The position numbers and the translations under genes were made by a program. From IMG/VR virus record IMGVR_UViG_3300033153_009397, positions 1-64,000 of that record: a stretch of 64,000 nucleotides of DNA; one strand, written 5' to 3'. Each line of letters begins with the position of its first letter. Positions within the stretch are counted from its first letter, which is position 1. Source of the DNA: a virus. This document shows, one piece after another, positions 19,126-30,511 of the stretch. A model generated the notes under the pieces. It did not search any database, was not told where the DNA came from, and saw only the letters and a program-made list of their open reading frames with translations.

Positions 19126-20207
19126 GCGTTAATATTATTGTAAATAGAGAAAGGGGATGTCACAATTTACTTCGAGGGACAATTTCTTGGCTTACTGCTC
19201 TGAAGAACAATTATCTTCCAGAAGGAGCAATAGACGAAGTTCTCGTAGCTTGCTCAAAAAGCGAGTTCGTAAGAACAAAAAAAATGCTCATTCCAATAAA
19301 AGAACAAGGAATAAGAGTAGAAGTCATACCAAAAGAAAACGTAGATATAGATAAAGCCGAGACCAGAAATAATTTAATGAGGGTATCTAGAAATAACCTT
19401 ATTCTTTTTTTAGACCCTACAATATTGATAGGGAGTACTGCAAGATTATATATTCAACAAGTAGTAGAAGGTAAATTAATGAAAAAAAGCAATGAAGTCT
19501 TAGTTACTAAAAACTTGAAAATAGGACTAGTAGACTTATCCGGAAAGTTTTCTTCACTACATATGTTGTCTACTACTCGAGCCATTTCATTTATTGAACC
19601 TAAACCGTACCAAACAATCAATAATCATCCACTGTTATTCTACAATTTATACCCAGATAACTTATGGATAGATTACATACCACCAGTACTCAGAAATGCT
19701 AAATATCCAGAAAGACTTGATGCTCCGGAAAAAAGAGTGGGTCTTTCAACAACAAGACAGACATTTGTAAGAAACGTAGAAGATGAAGAATTAGAACAAA
19801 TTATCTGTTCTCTTTCTCTTGACTTTTCCAGAATATCTTCTACTTACCTATATCTTGAAGATTATATAGAAGAACATACAACCATAGAACCTTATCATAC
19901 TACATACAAAACTTCTGGTAAAGTATATGCTTGTAACATTACTCTTAGATATCCTAATCCTTATGAAATTCAACCTATCCTAAAAAGGCTATTCTATGGT
20001 TCTGATGCTTTCATGCATTATATGAACTACAGATTAAATCTCTATCTTTCAAATACTTATTCTGATATAATTGTAGATATTAATAGAAGACCAAGACTTT
20101 ACCAGTATGGTCATGATGAAGGTTTATTTGACTTTCCTCATGATGGGGACAACTCTCTTTTTGCCGAGATGCCTCGTGTATATGATTCAATTAATCCAAA
20201 GGAGTAA
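19110..20207 (+). CDS. GT-A (GT2-like) glycosyltransferase-like protein
   Basis: EVLV...KAETRN.LMRVSRNNLILFLD pattern; GGAGG RBS before ATG 19110. Confidence 0.5.
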   Translation: MFNTISVNIIVNRERGCHNLLRGTISWLTALKNNYLPEGAIDEVLVACSKSEFVRTKKMLIPIKEQGIRVEVIPKENVDIDKAETRNNLMRVSRNNLILFLDPTILIGSTARLYIQQVVEGKLMKKSNEVLVTKNLKIGLVDLSGKFSSLHMLSTTRAISFIEPKPYQTINNHPLLFYNLYPDNLWIDYIPPVLRNAKYPERLDAPEKRVGLSTTRQTFVRNVEDEELEQIICSLSLDFSRISSTYLYLEDYIEEHTTIEPYHTTYKTSGKVYACNITLRYPNPYEIQPILKRLFYGSDAFMHYMNYRLNLYLSNTYSDIIVDINRRPRLYQYGHDEGLFDFPHDGDNSLFAEMPRVYDSINPKE

Positions 20208-20683
20208 AATCATGAAAACTTTACTTATTATATTTGCAATTATCTATACGGGCTTAATCTTTGGATGGTTTCTAATTTTGTGGATAAAATTAATAAAAAT
20301 AAAAAGAAGAATTATAGCAACAAATGAGTGTTATGGATTACTGGAAGATTTAGATGACAAAGCATTGGAAGCTTATGAAGAATGTATAAAGAGATGAATA
20401 AAAATGAAGTGCCCAGTTTGCGAAAAGAAAATGATTAAAAAAGCAGAAGAAGATTATAAAACCTTCTGGATTTGTAGTAATGAAGATTGTTATATAATTA
20501 CCATGATATTAACAACCACAAAAAAGGTAATTAAACTAGCAAATAGAAGTATTATAATTCAATCCAATGATGTTACAGACGACGTAGTTAGAGGTTTAGA
20601 TGAAAATGAATAACTACGAAGATATATAGATTACGAAACTCACAAAAGGAAGACCACCAATGAAGGGTTGTTTATCTTTATTT

Positions 20684-20998
20684 TTACACTCTTTTATTTC
20701 CATGTTTATATCTTCTTTTCTTATTTACCTCTAATTTTTTCACTATTTCTTCTCCTATGTTTATGTTTAATCCAGTCGTTAGGTCTAATAATCTAATCAT
20801 TGTGTCTGCTATTTCTTCTTTGAAGTTTTCAAAATCATAATTTCTGTATGCTTCCAGAGCTTCTGATAGTTCTGATACACATAACATCAATTTTGTTGGA
20901 ATAAAGTTTTCTAACTTATTCCATGCATTTTCTGGAAAAATCCAACCATTTTCGTCATTTATTTTTCTTATTTCTTTTTCTATCTTTTCTAGTTCCAT
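20684..20998 (-). CDS. MazG-like NTP pyrophosphohydrolase
   Basis: SELSEALEA...EEIADTMIRLLD...K..VNKKR. Confidence 0.85.
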   Translation of the reverse strand: MELEKIEKEIRKINDENGWIFPENAWNKLENFIPTKLMLCVSELSEALEAYRNYDFENFKEEIADTMIRLLDLTTGLNINIGEEIVKKLEVNKKRRYKHGNKRV

Positions 20999-21459
20999 TT
21001 TTTTTCTACCTCCAGCGAGTATAGACTTAACGCTTCATCCACTCCATATCCTTGCCATTCATCATCTTTAGAAAGGTTTGGGATGTTTTCAACGTATTTT
21101 GCCTTTGTTCTCCATTGGTGTCTACATTTTAAACATATCAAGGTACTCCACTTACTCGGGTGGGGTTTCCCTTTAGGATGCTCTGAATAGCTAACATTCT
21201 TTTGACGTAGCATTACTCTATAATGACTTTTAGAACAATTATGTTTCTTTCTTTTTAACACTAATTTTCCCCCAATATTTAACACTACCTTCCATAAAGG
21301 TCTATCAGAAGGAAATTTTACTCCTATTGCTCCACTATTAAACAATCTTTCTTTTAATTCCACATCATTTATCTTTGCTTTTATTCTTACAGTGTCATTT
21401 CCAACATACATTACATCATAGACATCAAATTCATACTTTGGCATTATATTGACATACAA
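20989..21459 (-). CDS. Hypothetical protein with a C-terminal CxxC domain, paralogous to 25856-26089
   Basis: HPSKWS.LICLKC..QWRTKAKYV. Confidence 0.55.
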   Translation of the reverse strand: MYVNIMPKYEFDVYDVMYVGNDTVRIKAKINDVELKERLFNSGAIGVKFPSDRPLWKVVLNIGGKLVLKRKKHNCSKSHYRVMLRQKNVSYSEHPKGKPHPSKWSTLICLKCRHQWRTKAKYVENIPNLSKDDEWQGYGVDEALSLYSLEVEKKWN

Positions 21460-21540
21460 CTGAATATATTTAAATGTTACCGTTACGTTTAAATATGGTA
21501 AATGGTATCGTTAATAAAAGGTAATAATGGAGAACAAAAA

Positions 21541-21735
21541 ATGAAAATGAATAAAAAAGACCCTCTAACAAGAAGGATATACGAAGTTATAAGAGAACAA
21601 GAAGAAACTTCTATAGCTCAATTGTATCTCAAATTCGGAGAAGGAAGAAGAGAAGAGGTATATAACAGAGTGCTAGAGATGATTGACGATGGAGACATCT
21701 ATGAGTCAAGAGAAGGAATTTTTAGGGTGATATAA
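21541..21735 (+). CDS. Small winged-helix protein
   Basis: LEMIDDGDIYESREG.F resembles the C-terminal wH of RPA/MCM. Confidence 0.5.
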   Translation: MKMNKKDPLTRRIYEVIREQEETSIAQLYLKFGEGRREEVYNRVLEMIDDGDIYESREGIFRVI

Positions 21736-23787
21736 TGGTAGGAGTAGATAAAAGCCACGTAGAAATATTGTCTTTTGAAGATAATGGTATAGTAACAAGA
21801 ACTTCTCTCCCGTGTAGAATGTGTAATTGTGACGAAGAAAGTGCTGGAGAGTTTTATTTTACTACTGGAAAGATAGTAAAAACACGAACATACGGAAAGA
21901 TGTTTGAAGTTAGATGTAAAACTTGTGGAGATAGAATATTTACAAATATTAATTGAAGGTGAAAACTTGTCAAACAAATCAGCAAATGATATAGTAGAAG
22001 GAGTTGAGTGATAATGGTCATGAAAACAATGCAGCCTAAAAACAAAAGAAAAAAATTTGAGAAAAAAGACCCACTATGCATATGTGGACATATAAGAAGT
22101 CATCACAAGTTTGATGTTGTAGTTATGGATGGTTTTCCCGTCTATAAAGAAGCCATGTGCAGACATATAAACTGTGATTGTAAAGAATTTAAAGAAATAG
22201 AAGAACCAAAAATGGAGGAAAAAGAAAATGAATAAAAATGAGGGGGACGAAGAATTTATACATTCTGCTTCTGGAACTACATGGACCTCAGATACTTTTT
22301 ATGATTTAACTATAACGCCCTCAAAACAAAAAGTAAGTGCGACCGTACCAGAGTGGATTAAATATATTATTTTCGAAGAAAAGGTAAATCAGCTATCTAT
22401 TACACAAACAATTATCTCAAAAGATATGATAATTGACATGCTTAAAAAATACCAGAGAAAGATACATCGAAAAGAGAAAATCAAAAAGATAATCAAAAAG
22501 ATAATTAAATGGTGATAAAAATGGTTAGCTTAAAAGAACTGGAAGAAAAAGACAAATTAAAAATATTAATTGAATATCTCAGAGCTCTCATCATAAAAAT
22601 GGGTGGTCATCCCGTTCTTCTAGAAGAGTATGAAAATCTCCAGATGGCTCGTACAAGATACCTCAGTGTACCTACAAGTTGTTTAATTGATGGAGAAATA
22701 CTCGATGAACTTGAAAAAGAAAAGAAAGAAGTCCTTTTTCCTATATCTCTCGATGAAGCAATAGAGAATCGGCTTTTTGGAACTACGCCTAAGTCTATCA
22801 AACGGATTAGACGTGAACTTAATCAATATACAAACAGAAACAAGGAACTGTTAGATGAAGAATTAGAAGCTTATGATAAGCTAAAAAATGATGATAATTT
22901 CTCAATTCCAGTTAAAATTGATATGCGACTAAAACTTATTCACAATCTATATACTAGTAGGTTGGAAACCAAACCAGAATTTGACCAAGTACTACTCCAA
23001 ATAAAAGAAGATTTAGATAGCGTCATTGCTAGAACTAGGGAAAAAATGAAGAGTGAAATAAATGAAGCTTAACTTACGAGCTTATAGAGGCATAAAAGTC
23101 TATTTAATACCAACAGTAGCTTTTACATATATAGAAGACTATGGCGGAGAAACAAAATACGTTATCCGGATAGATTTCTATTTCCTAATGTTTAGGATAG
23201 TGTTTCGAGTAAGGTGGGGTAAATGGTCAATAACTTTGTGAACAGAAAAGTCTATCTGCTCTTAGCTCATGACTATGACGAGACCGTGGTTGTGGCAGTT
23301 TATAGTTCCTATAAACGAGCACATAAAAACATGATTAATTTACTCCCTAAGACTAACTATAGTCTAGCTATTCAAAGCATAAAGGTTAATGGCAAGATAG
23401 AAGAACAAATCTCGGACTATATTAAACCCATAGAAATGAGAGAGGTTTATTGTTGGGAAACAGAAACTGAATCCGAAATTGAATGTCCCAAATTCGAAGA
23501 TGAAAAAGTGAAACAAAATGAATGATAGTAAAGATGTTAGAGACAATTTTATACGTTCTATCAACAGTCATACAGAAAAATGGGGTAAGCCCCCTAAATA
23601 TGTTGTTGTTGATATATATACCTATTATGAATTGTTAAAACAGTTTTCAGATGTACCAGTCTGGAAGGTACTTGATAGTAAAGCAAAATACAAGATAGCT
23701 GGAGTAACTCTTCTTGACCCAGATGAAGTTATGGTTTTCCAGACGGAAGACGTAAAGGAGAAAGATATCAATGAACCAATATGTTAG
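21735..23787 (+). CDS. Cluster of small hypothetical ORFs (21735-21956, 22008-22235, 22228-22515, 22509-23072, 23223-23525, 23518-23787); some Cys-rich
   Basis: Tightly overlapping + strand ORFs with purine-rich RBSs. Confidence 0.55.
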
Positions 23788-24409
23788 TAGTATGCTTAAG
23801 AGTATGTGTTATAGTGAACTACACGATTTATTCGTACGTTCTAATAAACCCGCCAAGGAGATATCGGAAAGCTATGCTGCTTTTCATCATCTAAAAAGCG
23901 TCATGGGCGAAGAAATGCAGAAAGACCACTTATTTCTCCATATTGGTGATGGAAAATATTGTCGTACTGCTGCTCTTTTTACTCTCATGTTAGGTATAAA
24001 AAGCACCTCTAAAAATATGTCTATTGACCCTAATATAAACGCAGAGTTCATGAAAGAATGGGGGGAAGGTCCCAAATGGGGTGAAACAAAAAGAATTAAA
24101 AATTTTACTTATCTCCCTCACAAATGGCAAGATGTTGATTGGAATGAAAAAACTCCCCGTCAACCTTATTCTTATGTTCTTGTTCATGCTCATGTAAACC
24201 TTCGAGAAATGATTGACAAGATAGGTTTTAACGGTTGGTCATATATTTATAGTAACCCTTGCTGTAATATCTCCAATCAAATCTTAAGTCTTACCTACTG
24301 CGAAAGGCACCACATAGACATCTTGAAATGTGGTGCTGACCACAACATTATTTCTCCCAAGAACATGGTCTTTGTTTATCGTAATAATCTTATTCTGGAG
24401 CGTTGGTAA
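23771..24409 (+). CDS. Class I SAM methyltransferase-like protein
   Basis: HIGDG..RTAALF, SIDP, HAHV and PCC motifs. Confidence 0.5.
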   Translation: MNQYVSSMLKSMCYSELHDLFVRSNKPAKEISESYAAFHHLKSVMGEEMQKDHLFLHIGDGKYCRTAALFTLMLGIKSTSKNMSIDPNINAEFMKEWGEGPKWGETKRIKNFTYLPHKWQDVDWNEKTPRQPYSYVLVHAHVNLREMIDKIGFNGWSYIYSNPCCNISNQILSLTYCERHHIDILKCGADHNIISPKNMVFVYRNNLILERW

Positions 24410-24410
24410 C

Positions 24411-26306
24411 ATGCCTAAATATGGTTTCGGTAAAATTCGAACTTTTAAAGGTAAAACCTTTGTTTTATACAAAAAATATCGTATCGATATAATCATACGA
24501 GATTTAACCTCTGTTCACAATGATATTGACCAACTCAAAGATACTCACAACTATCGTCTTCTTAAGGGAAATTACGTTGTTTGGAGTTGCCCCCCTTATG
24601 AACATTACTACCTTTATATCCGCCCCAAAGAACCAAGACTTAAAATAAGGTGGGAAGAATACCATTTTTCAGTTCCCATGTCTGCTACATTCATAGATTA
24701 TTATAATAGAATTTTCTGGAGTAATTCTACTCCTTTATATAAAGAGGTTAATGAAAATGAATGACAAGATAATACTAGATGATGAAATTATCGACTTGAT
24801 TAAACCAGCTATATCATCTTATCTGGAAAATAAGCTTATTGGTCTACTTGAAGAAGACGACATTAAAAAACTGGCAGATGACGTAATATATCTAATTAAA
24901 AAAGTATCAGCAGAAGCATCAAAAGGATATTATAAAAACTATCAAGGAGATATCAAAATGAATGAAACAAAAAAAGAAAACAAAAGTTTGTATATGTTAA
25001 GTGACAGAACACTGGTTAGGTTTTTTAAAAAGAGAATTCTTATTTTAAGTGTTTCTGAAGAAAAAATTGAAAAGGTTTATCTATCTTATGACGAAGTGTG
25101 GAAACTGTTCGAGATAGTAGGAAGCCTAAACGAATCTGGATGGAGCGAACCTCGATGAAAGAACAAACAATTGAACTAGTAGATAAGGTGTGTAAGAACC
25201 TTTTTGACTACAATAAGAATCTCAATGAATATGCTAAGAAACATGGCATCATTTCTCCTTTGTTAGGTATTGAGATGGGAAAAGAAGAGAGAAGGAAAAT
25301 GAAGAAAGAGATAGAGGAAGTGATTGATAAAATTCATTCTTCTATAAGGGATGCTCAATTCTACTCTCTTGAGCTGGGAGAGATACCTCTCACTCACGAT
25401 GATGATAAAAGAGCTATCTACAACCTTTTTACTAATGAGAATATTAATCTCTTTGGTCAGTTCTTTCATCCTCATAAAGAAAAAGAGAAAATAATTAAAT
25501 ATCCTACAGACAGCCATTATTATGAAAATACTTGCTACAAACGACACAAGATTTCCCATGGTTATCGTACCATTAAAAAAGATGTTATCGAGTTAGCCGA
25601 AGAGACTAAATTTTTTGAAGGCTTTAATGGTATTTTTATCATGATTCCCCCCTTTGATAGGGACGCCTTTGCCCAGATAGGTTTCAACTTCTATCTTCAT
25701 CGTGAAGGCTATCCTCGTGACCGTTCTATCCTTTTACCTTTCTCCATTCTCCCTCTTGCCACCCGTTACCGTCTCCTCTTCTACAACGAGCCCAACCTTC
25801 TCCAATTGCTCAATGATGCCATCTTCTCTTCTGTTCAAGAAGTTGGCAACTATGTTTGGGAGGACTACTCATGAGCGGGGGTAAAGCTTGTATCTGTGAG
25901 GGTCCTTTCAAAGAGAAATCCCAGAACTGGGTTATTTGCCACTACCGACACAATCACTCCTATTTCAACGCTGGTCCCCGAGGTTCTTGGCACCCCTCTG
26001 ACTATTCTTCTGTCCACTGTAAGAAGTGCGGCCATTACTGGCGTACCAAAGCCAAGTATGTCGATAATTTGCCCCTCGAGGACTGGTGATTACATGAAAA
26101 TCAAAGACTCTGATAAAAATGAATTACTTGACAAAGTTGTCGAGCATTTCAAGGATGTACCCCCTTCTCCCCGTGTGGTCTACCGCCAAGCTTGGGTCTG
26201 TATCAACTGCTATACTGAACCCGACCCTAAACATTTGAACTCTGACCTTCTCTGTCCTATCTGCGGAAAGTCTTTAACTCTCCGCATAGTAACTTCCGCA
26301 CGGTAA
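24411..26306 (+). CDS. Cluster of hypothetical ORFs (24411-24764, 24751-25158, 25155-25874, 25871-26089, 26094-26306)
   Basis: Coupled + strand ORFs; the last two carry CxxC pairs. Confidence 0.55.
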
Positions 26307-26427
26307 ATTTTTACAAAACGGTTGAGTGACCAAGTGACATATAAGGCTCCTCTCATTCGTCTGGAGCCTCTCCGAAACAAAAATCCCGTCCCTCAAAAAC
26401 CTTAACAAAAAGAGATAAAGAGAGCGT

Positions 26428-27399
26428 TTAAACGTATTTACGCCACTCTGGTAATTGTTCATCCATCCATTGATACATTTCATTATCTGTATGATGGATG
26501 AAGTATGTTGAACTATTATTCAATAAATCACTAATTGCTATCTTCATCGCTCTTAACTGATTAGAACGTTCCTTCTCTGTTAGTTTATTTGACAGCTTAT
26601 TCTTGCAAGTGTTATATTTCTTTGCTAATTGGTTTTTCCTCATTCCCGTTTGAGCTAGACCCCCTAACAATAGGGACATGGTAGCAATGGGTTCGGTTAT
26701 ACCATCGAAGCGAATAGTTAAACCTAACTCTCTGCTCCTCTGAAACCACATAAGCAGAGCAGAAGCAGAAGCGTTATTTCTTGCCAATCTAGACAAGTCT
26801 AATTGACCCAATTCAAGAACTAATAGATTAACAGACCTATTAATCAACAGTTCTGTTACATCAAATAGAAAGTCTGTTAGTTCATCAATCTTAAACTGTT
26901 TTATTCTTGAGAATATCCCAAAGATGAAAGATTTGCCTATTTGACCCTTCTTAATTGACTTTTTAGCTACTTCAACGTCAGAGAATATAGCATATTGTAG
27001 TTTAGTCACTTTATCTTTAATATTCAACCCGTAAATCCCAAAACTGTTAAGGGTACGGGGTTTTGTAGCCTTATAGACCTTTGGCTTTGGTTTTCCCTTC
27101 ATAATCTTTACCTCTACCTCCTCAACTTCAGTTAGTGATAGGTAGATGTCATTTAGCTTCATATTTTTGTAATATTCTCCTTTTAAGGCTTGGTACGTTT
27201 CCCTCCAGAGCGTTTTAAACTCTGTTGCCTTTAACAATCTCTCTAATCTTCCCTTGCTTAAAGCTCTTTCTCCTTGAACGGTGAGGTCAAGGCTCTCAAA
27301 CCTTACCCCTAGCTTATAGTTAGGGGCTATGAAGACTATAACTTGTTTTTCTTCGTCTTCTCCTATAACTCTTAAATCCTTGTTCAGCATTTCAAACAC
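26428..27399 (-). CDS. Basic hypothetical protein, possibly DNA-binding
   Basis: 323 aa Lys/Leu-rich ORF downstream of a TATA box and the AAGGAAAC element. Confidence 0.55.
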   Translation of the reverse strand: MFEMLNKDLRVIGEDEEKQVIVFIAPNYKLGVRFESLDLTVQGERALSKGRLERLLKATEFKTLWRETYQALKGEYYKNMKLNDIYLSLTEVEEVEVKIMKGKPKPKVYKATKPRTLNSFGIYGLNIKDKVTKLQYAIFSDVEVAKKSIKKGQIGKSFIFGIFSRIKQFKIDELTDFLFDVTELLINRSVNLLVLELGQLDLSRLARNNASASALLMWFQRSRELGLTIRFDGITEPIATMSLLLGGLAQTGMRKNQLAKKYNTCKNKLSNKLTEKERSNQLRAMKIAISDLLNNSSTYFIHHTDNEMYQWMDEQLPEWRKYV

Positions 27400-27440
27400 A
27401 ACCTAATATATAAAAGTGTTAAAAGTATTTAAATGTGTCG

Positions 27441-27498
27441 TAAGGAAACAAGGAAACAAAATTCTATCATGATAGGGCTTTGTTTCCTTGTTTCCTTA
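27441..27498. promoter_or_regulatory. Inverted repeat element A, with (AAGGAAAC)x2 arms
   Basis: Perfect 20 bp inverted repeat TAAGGAAACAAGGAAACAAA / TTTGTTTCCTTGTTTCCTTA, 7 bp upstream of a leftward TATA. Confidence 0.8.
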
Positions 27499-27647
27499 TG
27501 CATTACATATATATACATTACATATATATACTCTTTAGAATGTAATTCAAGAAAAAAGAGTTTTTGTTTTTTTTTATTTAGTATAAGATGTAAGATGTAA
27601 ATGGAGTTAGAAAATAAAGCCTTTGTTCAAAATCATCCTAAAAAAAA

Positions 27648-29771
27648 TTAAAACTCTCGCTCATAAACAGCGAGAGTTTTATTCGATAAATCATAGAAAT
27701 ATAGTTGCTCTTCATAGACATCATTTGTTTCGTCGTAGATTTTACGATAAATTAAGACTGAAGTCTCAAAATTCTTGAAACGAACAGTCTCTACTGTCGT
27801 AGGTATGCTTGAAGTAGATATAGTTTCTATTTCACAATTACCCGCTAACACAGTGTAGCGGTCTGTTCTGAAGTACAAACTTCCAACGCCATATTCGAGT
27901 GTGATATCGAACTCGAATATATTATCCTCCTCATAAAGAAGAGCCCAAATTTTTTGTTTTTTGTTCATTTTAATATCCTCTTTTATTTGTTCACGGGTTT
28001 TACTCTATAATCTGGTAATTTATTTACGAAATGCTTAAAAGCATAGCTCTGAATGTTGTAAATCTCATCTAAACACTTTTGTGCTGAATGAAATGCTGAA
28101 TGAAAGGGTATTCCATTCTTTTCAATGTACAGAATACCGTTTTCAATTCTAGCTCTGTACTCGTCGTAGTCTAAAAGACTAAAGAAAATATTAATTATAT
28201 TCTGGTCTGTTCTAGACCAACCCTTACATGACATGACTTCACGTTTTGTGTGATTTAAAGTTAAGATTTCAGTACTAAAGTGTTGAATAGACACGATTGT
28301 GTCGTCGCCACATTCATAGATTGTAACTACAGCGTCAGTTTGTGCCATTTTTATACCTCTCCTTTATATAGTTCTTGTATTCTTCTTCTTGCTTCTCTTC
28401 ATATTCTTTCCATTCAACAGTTTTGTGTAGTAAGTCTATGAGTGATATAAATTCACTATGTCGTTCTCCTCTATCTGTTATTACTAAATAAACTCGTGAT
28501 TGGGGTCTTTTAGCGATATCAAGATTAACATAGACGTCCCATCCTCTACGTCTCAAATAAGAGATATTTTCTCTTATTGATTGTCTCAAAATTTCAGTTT
28601 TACTTTTTTTCACTTATCTCACCTTTTATTACTTTTGTTATCTATTGACACTTTCTTGCAAAACTATTTAAATATAACGCATAAGGAAACAAGGAAACAG
28701 TTTCCTTTCATAAAACCCCTTTGTTTCCTTGTTTCCTTGCACTAAATCGATAAAAAAAGATTAAAAACTATAAGATGTTTTTCAGATGTCTTTGTAGGGG
28801 TGTCCTACTGCACTTTTACAGCTAGAACAAATAAGCTGTACTGTCAAAATACCGTCGCTATCACAATCTAGTGTTATCAAGTAGCTGTTACTGTCGTCTC
28901 TCTCGTCTTCCTCAATCTTACAATATTCACATTCACAAAAATGTCTTACTTCACTCTCAAACTCAATGTTGTACATCCCATGAGTTTCAGCGTTGTATTT
29001 AGCTCTTATCTTTCTTACTTCATCAGCTTGCTCTCTTGTTATTCTTTGAATATTGTAACAATTAGGACAAAAGACTGCATTGTAGAAAAGACTTACTTCC
29101 ATTTTGCTACTGCACTTTTTACATCTCATTCTTGTATCACTCTCTTATAGCTATCAGAAACTAAAGCTCCGCATGTTTGGCATTCGTAAGCATCGAATGC
29201 AGTAGTGTAACAGTTATGTTTAACGGCAATAGCCATAATCCCATTTTTAGCGGGATACATTGGAACACCACAACGTAAGCACAATGGGGGACAATGTCTT
29301 GGTATATTTGAAACCTTAATAGTTCTCAAGCTGTTCCATACTACTTTGTACATTGGAAATGTCCCTTTACTCTTATCTGGATACTTCTCTTCATCCATGT
29401 ACTTATTAGTCTCTGTTATTATCTCTCTGAATATCTCATCGAATTTTCGGCTTCTCTCGTTACTATCTTCGATTTTTAACAATTTAATGTTTTCTTTACA
29501 GAATATTCTTATTTCGTTCATTCTTATTCCTCCTTTAGTGTAGATGAAAAAAAAGGTTAAAAAGTTACTTTGTAACCGTGTTGATTACTTCTAATGTAAC
29601 TTTTATCTCCGCTGGAACTTGTTTAAAAGCGTTCTTCCTAACGTATAGTCCTCCTACTACTGTAGGTTTCCCGCTTCTTATTTGTTCTTGATATCTGTAA
29701 CAGTTTGTACTTTCTTTTTCTATCTTAATGAAAGTCAAAACTTGTTTTTCGGTCTTTGGTGTTGTGCTCAT
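27648..29771 (-). CDS. Small hypothetical ORFs (27648-27968, 27983-28348, 28335-28613, 28782-29129, 29126-29521, 29565-29771)
   Basis: Leftward operons downstream of elements B and C; several zinc-finger motifs. Confidence 0.6.
28682..28738. promoter_or_regulatory. Inverted repeat element B
   Basis: TAAGGAAACAAGGAAACA...TGTTTCCTTGTTTCCTT, 9 bp upstream of a leftward TATA. Confidence 0.8.
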
Positions 29772-29822
29772 TTCTTTCCACCTAATTAATTAGCCTATTA
29801 ATATATATATAAATATATCTCG

Positions 29823-29880
29823 TAAGGAAACAAGGAAACTGTTTCCTTTCATGATTTCTTTTTGCGTCCTTGTTCCCTTA
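29823..29880. promoter_or_regulatory. Inverted repeat element C (degenerate right arm)
   Basis: TAAGGAAACAAGGAAAC...GTCCTTGTTCCCTTA, 9 bp upstream of a leftward TATA. Confidence 0.75.
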
Positions 29881-30288
29881 ATTCCACCCCCTCTTCCTTA
29901 TCTTGACCATAAGATGTTAAATATTAGGTAGAGCCTTTCTACTGCCCGACAAATTCTTTTTTTCTTGCGTCCTAAAGTCGAAAAATACCTTACGTCAGCC
30001 TTGTTTCACTTCAACTTAATGACAAGTGTGTATCAGTCAGCCTATTTTCTTTCTTTTGTACTACTTCCTACTTTTTTTCTTTAGATGTGTAAATTTACTA
30101 AACACCGATTTTCACAGACATGAGTTTAAAGGCTTGAGAACACTGACCGGTATATTCACAAGCGACGTAGTACAACTCTCTTGTAATACCATCTTAACAT
30201 TTCTATCATCTTCAAACTTCATCCATAAGATGTAAGATAGTAAGACGATAAGCTTACAAGCGTTTCGCTATTCTTGTACTACTTCATC

Positions 30289-30350
30289 TTCAAAACCTTC
30301 GATAACCCCACTATACTATATATATAGTGGCACTATCGAAAGCTTTGGAA
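30289..30350. repeat. Imperfect palindrome with a TA-rich centre in a 740 bp gene-poor region
   Basis: CCACTATA/TATAGTGG, TTCGATA/TATCGAA and TTCAAA/TTTGGAA arms. Confidence 0.6.
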
Positions 30351-30511
30351 ACGACAAAAGGGGTTTGAGCCGGAGAGGAGACAGAATAAGAAATTAAAAT
30401 CGACAAAAGTCAAGAGAGGACAGAAAAACAGCGTTAGAAAGAAAAAAGGAAAAAGAAGAAAAGAGAACTAAAGATAAAGACACTTGAGGGATATCAAGAA
30501 ACAGTTATCAT

